From: Octopus vulgaris
Taxonomy: Eukaryota
Length of the DNA: 64,000 bases
Assembly: GCA_951406725.2 (NCBI GenBank)
Contig: OX597823.1
Span: 15,562,001-15,626,000 of the forward strand
Direction: 5' to 3'
Of the stretch, positions 24,997 to 38,464 are shown one piece after another. The translations under genes were made by a program, and so were the position numbers. The notes below the pieces were generated by a model, which was given only the letters and a program-made list of their open reading frames with translations, had not been told where the DNA came from and did no database searches. Every line of letters starts with the position of its first letter. Position 1 is the stretch's first letter.

Positions 24997-26468
24997 ACTG
25001 AGATTATCCATGCAATTAGCAGACAAAAATTCTTTGGTAGGTGTGTAAAATTATAAACAAGAAGCAAAGGAGATAAGTCAGTTGATTTAAATTTTTGGAC
25101 AATATAATGTAATGTAGATCTGGTTTCCAAAATGAGTTGTTTTCATCTGTTGGCTTCAAAGGCCAGATCATTCTAATGAATTGCAGTCAGCTGATTTTAG
25201 AACTATTTTCTTCGCTTGTTGTTCTTGATTTTTAGCTCCTTTCTTCTCTTTTTTCTTTTTTGTTGGAGTGGGAAGTTCAAACACCCAAAGAGGACAATTT
25301 TGTTTATTAATTGCAAGGGCATTCTCAGTTTTTCAACTCACTATATTACACATGTATTTGTATTTAGTATGTAGAACACTTCTCTGAGATATTTCTCCTT
25401 GCCCATTTTATGGGGAAATACATGTAAAACACTAGAAAGGAAGAAGAACATATACTCAGCAGTGAAATTGAAGTAGACACATATACAACAATACCAACCC
25501 TCTATAGGTGCAGAAGTCGGCATGTTATTGTCATTGTCAATACCGATGACAATACCTAACCCACTTTACACAAAGGAGTGAGTTCAGGTGTGGCTGACTA
25601 GGTAAGAAGTTTCTTTCAGCTTCAATCTTGTATTGCACAGCAGACAAATGTCTTTTTAGTATAGCATTGGGTTAGCCAAAAGCTTTGTAGCTAAAAACCG
25701 GATGGCAGAATCTGTGTGGAATCCCATTGAAGGGAGTATTCCAGTTTTGGGGTGTAGTTTTAATTTAATACCTCATTTAACCCTTTGCTATTTTAAACCC
25801 GTCGTCATATCCTGCCCAAATATTCAGCCTGTTTTATGTTCAAACTGGCCAGATCTCTCTTTTCACACCTATTCTACAATGTCATTCTAATTATACACAA
25901 TCACATCATTGAAATTTTAAAGCTACATGGTTAATTTAACATAATGTGAATAAATAAGAAGTACATTTGACAGAGTTAAAGGTACAAAGAGCTGTCTTTT
26001 CCAACTCTCACTAAACCACAAAAGCAAAAGTTTTGGTGGAGGGGGAAGAACCAGGTACAAGAATGTTTCCCATCATCTGCTCAATCATTAGTACATATGA
26101 TACTAACTCAAACCAGTGTAAACTAGGTATTAATCATGACCCCCAATTTACCATCCCACATCAGTAAGAAGGAACTTGGAATTGCCACCCTCTCTTGTTT
26201 AGGATGAAGAGAGAGACTTTTAAAAACTCTAAACACAAACACTACATAAATATTCAAGAATTAGTGACTCATGTTTTAACAAACTGTAAACACAGTACAT
26301 ATCTGTATTAGTAGGAACAAAATAGTTTCAGTCAATTTTGGATATTTGCATATCGATGCAGCAAATTGTTTTTTTTTTAGCTTTATAGCTGCAGCAGTTA
26401 GCCAGGCAGACCGATCATAATGTGTATATCAATTATATGTACATTATCAATATATATATATATATATA

Positions 26469-26569
26469 CTTTATTTAAAAGCAGCAGAAATTCAACAAAA
26501 CCTGTTACTCGGAGTTTCACATTCCCTTTCGTCGGAGTTTTGTTGAATTTCTGCTGCTTTTAAATAAAG
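26469..26569. repeat. Inverted repeat with 33-bp perfect arms and 35-nt loop
   Basis: ctttatttaaaagcagcagaaattcaacaaaac (26469-26501) is the reverse complement of 26537-26569; sits in a block bounded by (TA)n tracts. Confidence 0.9.
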
Positions 26570-26639
26570 CATATTACTCTACCCCTGGTATTTGAGTACT
26601 CTATTTTCCACCTTGTTTCACATTTATGTGTTTACTCCG

Positions 26640-26689
<50 letters not shown>

Positions 26690-27379
26690 CGTGTATATAT
26701 ATATATATACACACATACACATACACACACACAAAATGATAGAGCATGCATTATCAAAACATATTTTATTGTAAAGACATAGTCAAATAGACATACATTT
26801 TATACATGTATACATCTATAAATTAGTTGATGACAGCAAGAATCACAGAAAACATGTAATATACAAATGGTCTTTGCAAACCACATAGCAGAAAACCCAT
26901 TTAGAAGGGAAATAACTCCAACTAAGAACTGATACAAAGTAGAGGGGACTCTTTACTTTTCTAGAGAGGACAACGTCTCTGGCATGACTGAAGGAACCCA
27001 GCACACCCTGTAAATGACTGGTAATAAGAAAAGCATCCTGTAATAGGAAATACATTAATATGACACATATGAGCAAGATATAGACTCTGAAAACCACATT
27101 GCAGGTTTCCATTCAAGGAAGACGTTAACCCCAAATTAGAATTAATACAGAGTAGGGGGGGCGATACTTTTGCTTGGCCTTACATAAAACGACTTCTTTA
27201 GTGCCAATGGCACTAGAAAATATACAGAGTCCACACTAAGGAATGCCCAACAAAATTGGATACTTTTTTCTATTGCTGTGTATGCAATGTGACAAATCAT
27301 CATACTCAACCCAACACAGAAAACAGTCTTAAAGGATGTGTGTGTGTGCAGCAAATCCCCTGGATATTACTGACTTGAG

Positions 27380-27615
27380 TAGGACTCATAGGGTCAGTTA
27401 CCCAGTTTCTATGACACAAAAGTGATCAAAATCACAACATTCTCCCTGACCAGGATGCAAGTCTGTCACAGGGTTATTAATTTACAGCTGAGTGGACTAG
27501 AGTGATGTGAAATGAAGTATTTTGCTCAAGAACACAACACACTGCTCATTCAGGGAGTCAAAACCACAATCTCGCAATTGTGAATGCAATATCCTAACCA
27601 CTTGACCATCTGACA
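27380..27615 (-). mobile_element. Degenerate CORE-like SINE (family E related)
   Basis: cagctgagtggact...ttgctcaagaacacaac is the reverse complement of the body at 45500-45560. Confidence 0.6.
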
Positions 27616-28008
27616 TCCGCGCGTGCGTGCGTGGGTGTGTGTGTGTGTGTGTGCATGCATACACACACACCTATGTATGTACGTGCACACATGCACACAC
27701 AGTCACACACAAGGTCATGTTTTAATAATTCAATATATGGTAATTATTTGTTTCTAATTATCTTAATCTAATATTAAGAAATTATCAATATGACATATGT
27801 GATTACAAAATGAACAACTACAGATTAAAGAGTGACTTATAAATCAATTAAGATAGGTACCGTTTACAATGCACAATGAAGATCTTTGTCAACTGTGAGA
27901 ACTTAGCTTGTAAAAAATAAGCTCAGTAATGCAGAAGAGTTACTTATAAAGAAAATAACACAATTTAACCAGAATAAGAAATATAATCCAAAATGACACC
28001 CTGTCTAA

Positions 28009-28507
28009 TCTTTATATATAAAAGTGAAGTTGTGTGTCTGTCTCCTATGATTTAGATTCCTAACTACTCCCACATTTTGCGGTGCCGTTTAACCAAAACC
28101 AGGTATCTTATAGTCGTGATTCATATCGAGCCCTTCTGGGTATTAGCGCGCATCTACGGTGAGTCAACGATTTTAAAAAAAATTTACCATCATTTTTTTT
28201 CCATTTTTAATGCATTTTTTTCGCTATTATATAAGGGAAGTAACTCTCTAAAAATGTCTACGATGAGTCTACAATTAAAAAAAAATTTAGCATCATTTTT
28301 TTCCATTTTAATGCATTTTTTCGCTATTATATAAGGGAAGTAACTCTCTAAAAATGTCTACGATGAGTCAACGATTTAAAAAAAAATTTACCATAATTTT
28401 TTTCCATTTTTAATGCATTTTTTGCTATTTTTTGGCTATAACTCTCTAAAAATGCTTATATAGTTATTTCCCTTACAAACCCGAGCAACGCCGGGCGATA
28501 CTGCTAG
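28009..28507 (+). mobile_element. Non-autonomous Helitron with internal ~100-bp tandem repeats
   Basis: A^TCTTTATATATAAAAG start; cccgagcaacgccggg hairpin 8 nt before CTAG^T; about three internal units (ctacgatgagtc...taactctctaaaaatg) at 28152-28455. Confidence 0.9.
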
Positions 28508-29481
28508 TTTTTAATATATCTACATGAATATATTTTTCACATACAAGTTTTATTTTATTAACATCTACTTAATACAGAGACTGCTGCATTGCCATGCTGA
28601 GGAACTTCGTTCTTCATCACAGAGAGCTAGCTACACTGACACGAAAATTAGTCTTCTTGGCAGATTCAATCAGATTGGGCAGGTCAAAGGGTAGAAAGTA
28701 AACTAAACAGTGGTTCCTGGTCCTTCTCATTAAGAGTCTGGCATGGTGTTAGAATCCTTACACTGTAAAAGCCTTACATCTGCTACAAAAACACTGACAA
28801 AGGGACCAAAGGAAATTTCAAAGTTCTAAAGATCAGAAAGAAGCTGCAAAGGGAGAATGAAGTATTGCAACCCAAACTGAAAGGAATGTTGCAAAGTTGA
28901 TGTTTTTCCCAACATCCAAGAGCAAAAAAAAAAACAAAATAGGTTCACAGAACATCATATTTTATTGCCTTTAACAGGGTTTTCTTTTATCATTTTTTCC
29001 TTTAATGTATGCATGTATATGTGTATGTCTGTCTCTTTTATCTAGAAACAAAAGTAAGGAAAATGTATTCAATACAAGAAAAGGCTCTACTCCAACTTTC
29101 TGTCTATATGACATTCTACCACCCAGTCTTTTTAAGGAATATATATATATATATATATATATATTCAGACCTCGCGTAGCACCTTGGATAGTGTCTACTA
29201 TAGCCCTCGGCTAACAAAAGCCTTAAGAGTGGATTTGGTAGACAGAAACTAAAAAAAGCTTATTGTATATGTATATATTTATATGTGTGGTGTTGTATGT
29301 CTGTGTGCACCCTTGTTTTGACATCATATGATTGTAAACAAACATCACTATCATACAAGCCATATTCATTTCTGGCCTTCCATGAAAAACATGATAAAGA
29401 TAAAGATTGGTAACAGAAAGGTTATCTGGCTGTAGAAAACCTGCCTAAAAAAATTCTATCTGGCCCATAAAAGCATGATTA

Positions 29482-29884
29482 GGCGCAGGAGTGGCTGTGT
29501 GGTAAGTAGCTTGCTAACCAACCACATGGTTCCGGGTTCAGTCCCACTGCGTGGCATCTTGGGCAAGTGTCTTCTGCTATAGCCTCGGGCCGACCAATGC
29601 CTTGTGAGTGGATTTGGTAGACGGAAACTGAAAGAAGCCTGTCGTATATATGTATATATATATGTGTGTGTATGTGTGTGTATGTGTTTGTCCTCCTAGC
29701 ATCGCTTGACAACCGATGCTGGTGTGTTTACATCCCCGTCACTTAGCGGTTCGGCAAAAAGAGACCAATAGAATAAGTACTAGGCTTACAAAGAATAAGT
29801 CCCGGGGTCGATTTGCTCGACTAAAGGCGGTGCTCCAGCATGGCCACAGTCAAATGATTGAAACAAGTAAAAGAGTAAAGAGTA
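29482..29884 (+). mobile_element. tRNA-headed SINE, family C, with central TA/TG microsatellite and (AAGAGTA)n tail
   Basis: ggcgcaggagtggctgtgtggt (A box) and gggttcagtccc (B box); CORE-like cttgggcaagtg; near-identical copies at 43444, 44165 and 62090. Confidence 0.9.
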
Positions 29885-31926
29885 ATGAAAGGATGTTAAA
29901 TGATAATGATGTATATGCACATATATAATTGTGTGTGTATTCACACACACACACACACACACACAAGATCCAGTAAGCCCACAACTGGCAACATTTTTCT
30001 ACACTGAGCTAAATAGCATATAAACAAACCCAGCAACATCAAATGTGAACAGTCACAGGACTGTTGACCCATCATTACATTATCTATTGTCATCTCACCT
30101 GCATATATAACATCATAAATAATAAAAGGCTGTGTATTTGTGTGCGCACTGCAAATATACACTAAGCAACTAGTAAAATAAAAGGAGAGAAGAGGAACAA
30201 CTTGCATGAGAGACAGAAGAGGGGGTGTCTCCATCAACAGCAACCAGTATTTTGCAGTTAGATTACCATTGTTCAATGATGGCATATGATCAAACTCACT
30301 ATCAGCATAAATACGTTCAGTACATTTTGCTGTAGAATTTTGCACCATTTCCACCTTTTACAAATTCTTTACTTTATTTCCAGTGTTTAACATAACAATA
30401 ACTAAGTGAATTAACAACAAACTAGTTTTAGTGCAATAATTCGAAGTATTGTTTGTATTATCATAAATTATAAAGCAAGATTTTTTTGGTTTTTTTGTCT
30501 AGTGTGGCCAAAGATATTTAACAGCACAAATTATTACTGTAGTCTGCATTTTATTAGTCTTTATCAGTTCCACTCTTTAACTATTATTATCATTACCTTT
30601 GTCTATTGAATTTGTCTGTTTATTCCCATTTTGCAGTATCTAGGTTTATCCACTTTATTTCTTCTCTTTTTATGAAATACCACAGTTAATTTATCAAACT
30701 AAGAGAAGCTTCTATTTGGTCATTTACATGCTAAGAATAGCAGCTAAATCCCCCTTAAATTTCACCCTAAGATATACTTTCTAAGATATACTTGTCTATG
30801 ACATTGTTTCTTCAAACCCCGTTTGCCTAATTCTTCTCTTTCCATATATCTGCCGCTCTCTCCTGAATCAAAACTTCGCCATTTCACAGTCTGTTTTCTT
30901 AAACTCTTTACTACTTCCGTCTGCCCCTTAACTCAAACCCTCTTCCGGTCAGTCTATACTTAAAAAAAAAAAAAAGACCTTGGTCACTGCCAAAACAACT
31001 CTTCCACTCAAAGTTCAATTATGCAACTAAGTCATGACATCGCAAAGAGAGGTGGAGAAACTTGAATGCTGAAGAAACAGTGTAGAGGTCAGCAGATTCT
31101 ATAATCAACACTATTGTGTCTATGATCAAGATATTTCCCACTCAAGTGACCAAGGTTAGTACCTAGCTGAAATTAGATACAGCAAAGGAGGAACAAATTA
31201 CCATTGCTTATGGCAGCAGCACTGTAAACTTTACAAAGAATCCTTCATGAACAAGGGTCAGGAGATAAGAGTTGAGTCATTATGATTTGCTTTGAACTAA
31301 GGTCTGGGCCTGATGACACACAGTGTAATAGCTAGGCCATTCTATATGAATCTTATTGACCATCAGATGATATCTTTCTCAGCTGCAATGGAATCCCAAA
31401 TAGACACAGTGGTCAATCAAACTTCAGGCAAGTGAAACATGTAACATAATTTTAATTTCTTGCTGTAGCCAGTCATACTTATGCAACTAAGGCCATGGAA
31501 GACATGAATTTCATTTCTCACTCTGTAAATTTGCAGTCTTGTGTCTAAGTCAAAAATATAATATATACACGATGATATAATATATATGATAATATGAGGT
31601 AACAGTAGTGAAGTTATCAAATGTTCTGAAACCTTTGTTATCAAGTTTACACCTTCTGATTTCAAATTCAAACTTTGTTGGGGTCTAATATTCTTTATAA
31701 CTCTAGATCTGCATAATCTAACGTAGGCTTCTTTTCTGGGGAGAGTAGAGTGTGATTTGAGAAAACTTTGGCTGTTATTTCTAGCAAGTCAAATAACCAT
31801 GTAGAGGTGTCTTCATCAGCTCACTTTCAAGGTGATTTGTACCGGTACCAGTTTTAACCATATCACTTTCTTCCTCTACTATAGATTGCTTAATCAAGAA
31901 AAACCAATACACACAAACACACACTC

Positions 31927-31972
31927 ATACATACATACATACATACATACATACATACATACATACATACAT

Positions 31973-32015
<43 letters not shown>
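31927..32015. repeat. (TACA)n-(CA)n microsatellite
   Basis: Directly visible. Confidence 0.95.
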
Positions 32016-33444
32016 GATGTGTGTATGTGTGTAAATTGATAAGAACCACTAGAGAATACATCAATCAACCATTACAAATATATATACACAAGATAGTAAT
32101 TGAAACCTTATTGAAGAATATAATTGAAAAAGACAAGCAAAATATTTAAATGCACACAATCATCATAAAAGAGGAATCCAAAAGGAATGGGAAAATGATG
32201 AGCATAAATGAAGAACGTAAAAGTACATCAGAAGCAGAATGTATCAAGCTCAGGTAACATTGAATTTCAAGTTAACTGGATAAATCAATTTCTATGTCCT
32301 ACTAATCAAAAGACAAGCTATGCATTTTTGTATGGGAAGCAAAATAACATGAGAAGCTGTTTTATTTTAAAGTTTAATGTAATATAGGTTTTAGATGAGA
32401 ATTTAAGAGAAAGATAGTAAAGAAATTATTCTTTCATGGAGATTAGTTAGGTGTTTAAAGATCTGGACTCACCAGTTCCCACACGGCAATAAACACTGAC
32501 TATAAACAGAAGTACATCTGTATAGCTTGTAATAAAGCTATAGTATTTAAACTTTAAAAGCTGAACATAAAATGTGATCAAGGTTTCAATAACATCAGCT
32601 GTACTACATCTGCTAAGCAAACACTGGCTGAATGATTAATATGTTAGCCTGAAATCTGTGTTCTACAGTGCATGGGAGTGGGGAACATCAGTAAAGATCC
32701 CCACCACACTCAACCCTATTTCATTTACTTAACAGAATGGGTTGGGTAAAAGAAATTCAACTAATCTGTGACAGGCTGCAAAACTGACTGAACACTGACG
32801 AGTAATGTGGTTAGACTTCTTACATAAGAATGAAGGATTGCAGTCCCAATGTAAACAGTATTCATTATCTAAGAAAAAATTTAATGTCCCATTGCATTAC
32901 CCATTAAGTTACAGACTGTACTACTGTTATTCTGACCATGCTGTTATGGCAAGCTACTAAAGAGATGACTGCAGGCTATCAAAGATCACCCATTGATTAC
33001 TAATTGAAATATGCAATTTTCAGAAATAATTTCCCTGTGAACTTCAACTTCATTTATATTTGATTACTTTTTATAAGCTTTTATATAGGCAGTGGAGACA
33101 AAGAATTGTTAGAGCTTCAAATAAAATGATTTGCAGTATTTTATCCAGTTCTTCACCTTCTGGGTTCAAATCCAACTAAGGTCAGTTTTGCCTTTCATCC
33201 GTCAATAAAATAAAGTACCAATCCATGGTGGTAAATTGGCAGAATTGTTAAAGCACTGGACAAAATGCCTTGGGTTTTTATAATTTTTTTAGAGTTTGAG
33301 TGTGCCTATAGCAACAACATTAATGCTTAACTGTATTAGCTCGTCTTTCCCATGAAAAACATCAATGATATATAGAGAAGAGACTACTTGCAGGGACAAC
33401 TGCTGGTCATCCCTAAAAATTTTTTAAAAACACATCTAGGCCTG

Positions 33445-33881
33445 CATCATCATCATCGTTTAACGTCCGTTCTCCATGCTAGCATGGGCTGGACAGTTCG
33501 ACCGGGGATCTGGGAAGCCAGGAGGCTGCCCCAGGCTCCGGTCTTATCTGGCAATGTTTCTACAGCTGGATGCCCTTCCTAACGCCAACCACTCCGTGAG
33601 TGTAGTGGGTGCTTTTTACGTGCCACCCGCACAGGTGCCAGGCGAGGCTGGCATCAGCCACGATCGGATTGGTGCATTTTACGTGCCACCTGCACTGGAG
33701 CCAGGCGAGGCTGGCATCAGCCACGATCGGATTGGTGCATTTTACGTGCCACCTGCACTGGAGCCAGGCGAGGCTGGCATCAGCCACGATCGGATTGGTG
33801 CATTTTACATGCCACCTGCACGGAAGCCAGTCGAGGCGGCACTGGCTTCAGCCACGATTTGGATGGTGCTTTTTACGTGCC
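33445..33881 (-). mobile_element. Family A retroposon 3' end with 63-bp tandem modules
   Basis: Three repeats of ccaggcgaggctggcatcagccacgatcggattggtgcattttac; explains the repetitive ORFs at 33476-34010. Confidence 0.88.
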
Positions 33882-34931
33882 CTGGAGAGGAACTCTCTAC
33901 AAGCATCACCTCATCAGCTTGACCAACAGGGACCTGGACATATAACTGTAATCCTTTCAAGACAGTATGATGGTAGAAAAGTAGAAAATCTCCATACTAA
34001 TCTCAGATAGAAATTTATTTTTCTCATATGATACCCAGTGCCATGAAGTCAGTTTAAAAGAACCAAGAAGGCACTTAGCTACTCAAAAACAGAATAGTCA
34101 CAAATTCTCTACAATTCCAAACTGTAAAATAATTTTCAATAATATATATACATATACAGTTGTCATAGTAATACAGGTTTCACCTCCATGAAATTGAGGA
34201 GAAAAGGTTGGCAGAAACCAATCTGGATACAACCAACAGTAAAAAGACCAACCAGTTATTGAAACTTGGTGACACATTTATTTATATTATAATGAAGGCC
34301 TTCTGAATCATGATGAAACTATTGCGTATTTTAAATTATATATTTAAACACTAAAAGCTAATCCTTTCTAGACTATATTTATCCTTATAACTAGTGGTTC
34401 TACTGTAATTTCTATAGCATTAAGTGGTTGACAGATAAATCACTCTATGAGATGCTGCACTATCATGGCATTTTTGTAAATTAAACTAAACTCAGCAATG
34501 CTACTTATAGCAGTAAATTATACCACTTGCAATATTGTATATGCGGCAAGGGAATGAAAGCACATGACCAAATAACTAGAATGTTGGTCTCGTGAGTTCA
34601 ATGGCAGATTTGTTTCCTGGACCAAGTGTCATATTGTATACATGCACAAGGTACTTCATTTTTTGTTGCTCAAGTCTACTAAGCTGAAAACAAGTACCAA
34701 TCTCTAGAGCTGCCCTCTAGCTGTCACATCCTTAATGTTTTGCTGCGTTCTAGATAAGAGGACCAAGAGAGTATCTATATCTACTCACGACTTACATAAG
34801 TCTCTAAAGCACTTAGCAAAAGCATGGCACATGCTGCTAAATCATACTCACTTGCAAGTAACAGATATGACATAAATACACACACACAACTTAGAGCTAG
34901 AACTCAGCTGATGAGGGTTAAATGTCTTGAC

Positions 34932-35245
34932 CAGGCCCGGTCAACTAGAATTACATTGTGGGCCACTTCAATCACAGAAATTTTTTTTGAGGTCCACTTG
35001 TATACTTTATGCATTAATAGTCAAATAATCAAATTACAGACTCGTGAATTTTTCATACTTTTTGTTTGTTTTAAAATTATAAAATTGTAGGCTATTGCTT
35101 TGTTGCCACTTATAAATTTCAAATTTATTTTGAAACTGTTTTATTTTGAAATTAAACACAATACTTCAAAAAAGTATCAAGCGGGCCGCAAGATAAAATT
35201 CTGTGGGTCGCATGCAGCCCACGGGCCTCAAGTTGGCCAGCCCTG
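34932..35245. mobile_element. hAT-superfamily MITE
   Basis: Imperfect TIRs caggcccggtcaact / agttggccagccctg; exact 8-bp TSD gtcttgac at 34924-34931 and 35246-35253; subterminal gggcc motifs. Confidence 0.88.
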
Positions 35246-35473
35246 GTCTTGACCATGGATGTATTACAGATTCAGTGACAAGACATGAATGGACAACCTC
35301 ACTAACTGCATTGCTTAAAGTCTTATATTGAAACAATAATGGCATTAATTATAGTTTTCAAGTTGCCAAACAATCATATAAACTGAAGCATCACATGAAG
35401 ATTATTGAACAAATAAGTTTTCACACATAGAACAATGAAATGAAAATACCCTATAACTATTTACCAGCAATTT

Positions 35474-35727
35474 ATCATCATCATCGTTTAACGTCCGCTT
35501 TCCATGCTAGCATGGGTTGGACGGTTCAACTGGGGTCTGGGAAGCCCGAAGGCTGCACCAGGCCAGTCAGATCTGGCAGTGTTTCTACAGCTGGATGCCC
35601 TTCCTAACACCAACCACTCCGCGAGTGTAGTGGGTGCTTTTTATGTGCCAGACGAGGCTGGCGAACGGCCATGCTCGGATGGTGTTTTTTTGTGCCACCG
35701 ACACAGGTGCCAGACGAGGCTGGCGAA
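35474..35727 (-). mobile_element. Family A retroposon 3' end
   Basis: (CAT)n tail and family A body. Confidence 0.85.
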
Positions 35728-36960
35728 TTTATATTTCCAACATTTTCATCAGGGTGGTAGAAATAATACCTATAACAATTTGCAGTCTTCCCTATACTGG
35801 TGAGATTGATTTAACTGTTCAGACTGAATTTCTGCAGGTAAATCATCATTTTAACGTTCACTTTTCCAAGCTTGCATGGGTTGGACGAAGTTTATGAAGG
35901 GCAGATTTTCTACAGCCCTGTGCCCCTTTTCCAAGTAAGACAATATTTTGCCATGCTACGTTTTCACAGAATATTGCAAATGAACGACACTGCTAGCATG
36001 AGTGACTCTCACTCACAACTTTCGTGTGATGTCAAGACAAAACAAACATACACCCACTCACACAACACACCCACATCAACAAACAAACATATAAATATAT
36101 GAGGGAGTTCATTCGGTTTCTATCTACCAAATCCACTCACAAGGCATTGGTCAGCTCAGGGCCATAGTAAAAGACACTTACCCAAGATGCCACAATGTGG
36201 GACTGAACCTACAACCATATGGTTGGGAAGCAAGCGTTTTAATCACACAACCATACCTGTGCCCATAGCTTATAGAATAAACACTGGAAATAAATTTATT
36301 TCAGAGGGTACATAAATGTTAGAGAGTAGAGCAGGTTATTTTCTTTTGGTTTTTTTTGGGGGGGGGGGGGGGTGTAAGGGAGACATTAAGAATAATTAAA
36401 AGAGGAGCAGAATCAGCACAAAAATTTCATTTCATTTTTTTTTGTTTTCATGAATCATTTTGAGGGCAAATCAACTCTACCAGTGTCAAGTTTTCACAAA
36501 ACTATCACAAGACGACCACAGATACAAAAAGTGAAAAGAACTAAGTTTAAACACAAATCCAATCTCTGCTACAGACTAAATTCAGCAGAAGCTCTGCCAC
36601 CACATGGTTCCCACACATGGAACATAATACACACATGAAAATTATCTTTCCTAATTGAACACTATTGAGAAAATTATTAAGTTTGTATTGTACTTTGTAG
36701 CGATATGTTAATGTAACAAGACCCACAAATTACTTGAATGGCACCATTATATAGTATAAGTAACAAATTAACTTTCAGTTTATTAAGTAATGGTATTTAA
36801 ACGTGTCCTTAACATTGATCATTAGGATCAATTATAATAAGCTTTGAAACATGAGATTTCAATTTGCGTGCCTAAAGCCATGCTTACGCTGCTTTCACAT
36901 GCTTGAAAATAACACAATTTTCTTTATTCCCATTTAACCTAAGTGGAATTGCTTTATTCA

Positions 36961-37685
36961 TATATTAACCTTTTACCTGTTCTGTCTGTTTATCACTTGG
37001 GATATGCAGGGCATATTTCCCCTGGTGTCCATACATCATATATAATATACTTTCCCAATTTTTTTCAAACACCCAAGTAACTTGGGACTTATGAAAGGAA
37101 AGTGTAATATTAATTCAGAACAGATGAAACAAGGACTAACTAAATGTCTGAAAACAAGCATAGACATTTAAGACAAACTCGTGAAAATGCTTTGGACACA
37201 CAAAAGGTTCAGTGATTAAAAATTCTTCTGCCTTTTATCCACATATTTTCAGAACATGAAGAAATATTAGATATAGGTACACTTGCCATACTAATATTTA
37301 TACTCTATTATTTATACTTTATACTTTATATTTATACTTTATTTATTATTACATTATATTAACCTTTTACCTGTTCTGTCTGTTTATCACTTGGGATATG
37401 CAGGGCATATTTCCCCTGGTGTCCATACATCATATATAATATACTTTCCCAATTTTTTTCAAACACCCAAGTAACTTGGGACTTATGAAAGGAAAGTGTA
37501 ATATTAACTCAGAACATATGAAACAAGGACTAACTAAATGTCTGAAAACAAGCATAGACATTTAAGACAAACTCGTGAAAATGCTTTGGACACACAAAAG
37601 GTTCAGTAATTAAAGAATTCTTCTGCCTTTTATCCACATATTATCAGAACATGAAGAAAAATAAGATATAGGCACACTTGCCATA
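36961..37685. repeat. ~330-bp direct duplication with a 64-bp AT-rich spacer
   Basis: Copies at 36961-37290 and 37355-37685, differing at only a handful of positions. Confidence 0.95.
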
Positions 37686-37694
37686 GGTGCAATG

Positions 37695-38060
37695 CAGTAG
37701 CACCTTGGGCAAGTGTCTTCTACTGTAGTCTCTGGCCAACCAAAAGCCTTGTGAGTGGATTTGGTAGATGGAAACTGAAAGAAGCCTGTCATCGATCGAT
37801 CGAGAGATCGATAGACAGATGTGTGTGTGTGTGCACACATGCACGTGTATGTGTGTCTTTGTTCTCTACCACCACTTGACAACAGATATTCAGATGTTTA
37901 TGTCCCTGTAATGTAGCAGTTTGGCAAAAGAGTCTGACAGAATAAGTACCAGGCTTTGAAAAATAAATGCTGGGATCAATTCGTTCAACAGAAAGTTCAT
38001 CAAGGAAGTGCCCCAGCATGGCCACAGTCAAATGACTGAAACATGTAAAAGACAGAAGAT
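37695..38060 (+). mobile_element. Diverged, 5'-truncated SINE family C
   Basis: gcaccttgggcaagtgtcttc...gtgccccagcatggccacagtcaaatgactgaaac. Confidence 0.8.
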
Positions 38061-38464
38061 AAATGATAGGCTCAGTGTGCACAAATATAGAAAACATTAG
38101 ACAAGCCAGTGATAGAGCTTCTAAGTGGTTACTGAACCTGCTAGAAACAGCAACCAAGCTGTTTAAATTATATCCTGCCACCCTAAAAAGACAGTAACAC
38201 GTTAGACAATGTTGTCCTTCATATCCCTAGCAAAACAGAATGGTTACAGGTGGAATACCTTTGATCATAGATCAAGTCAATCAGGACTGAACAGGAGCTA
38301 CACCATAATATAAGTAGGAAATAAGTACGGTAAAGCTTCAACAAATCAAAAGACCCTGTTTCAATTTGTAGTTACAATTCTTCCTTTTCATACATGTCAC
38401 TGGTTCCTTTCGGAAATTCAAGAACATTACAAACTTCATTTACTTTCTCCTTAAAGTCAATAAG

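Noticed and set aside
29941-30354. 137-aa minus-strand ORF as an independent gene
   Set aside because: No recognisable domain, ends in a microsatellite, and its length is not compelling for a 64-kb window.
33610-33880. Regularly spaced repeats resembling a CRISPR array
   Set aside because: The intervening sequences are identical rather than unique spacers, there are no cas genes, and the DNA is eukaryotic; these are retroposon VNTR modules.
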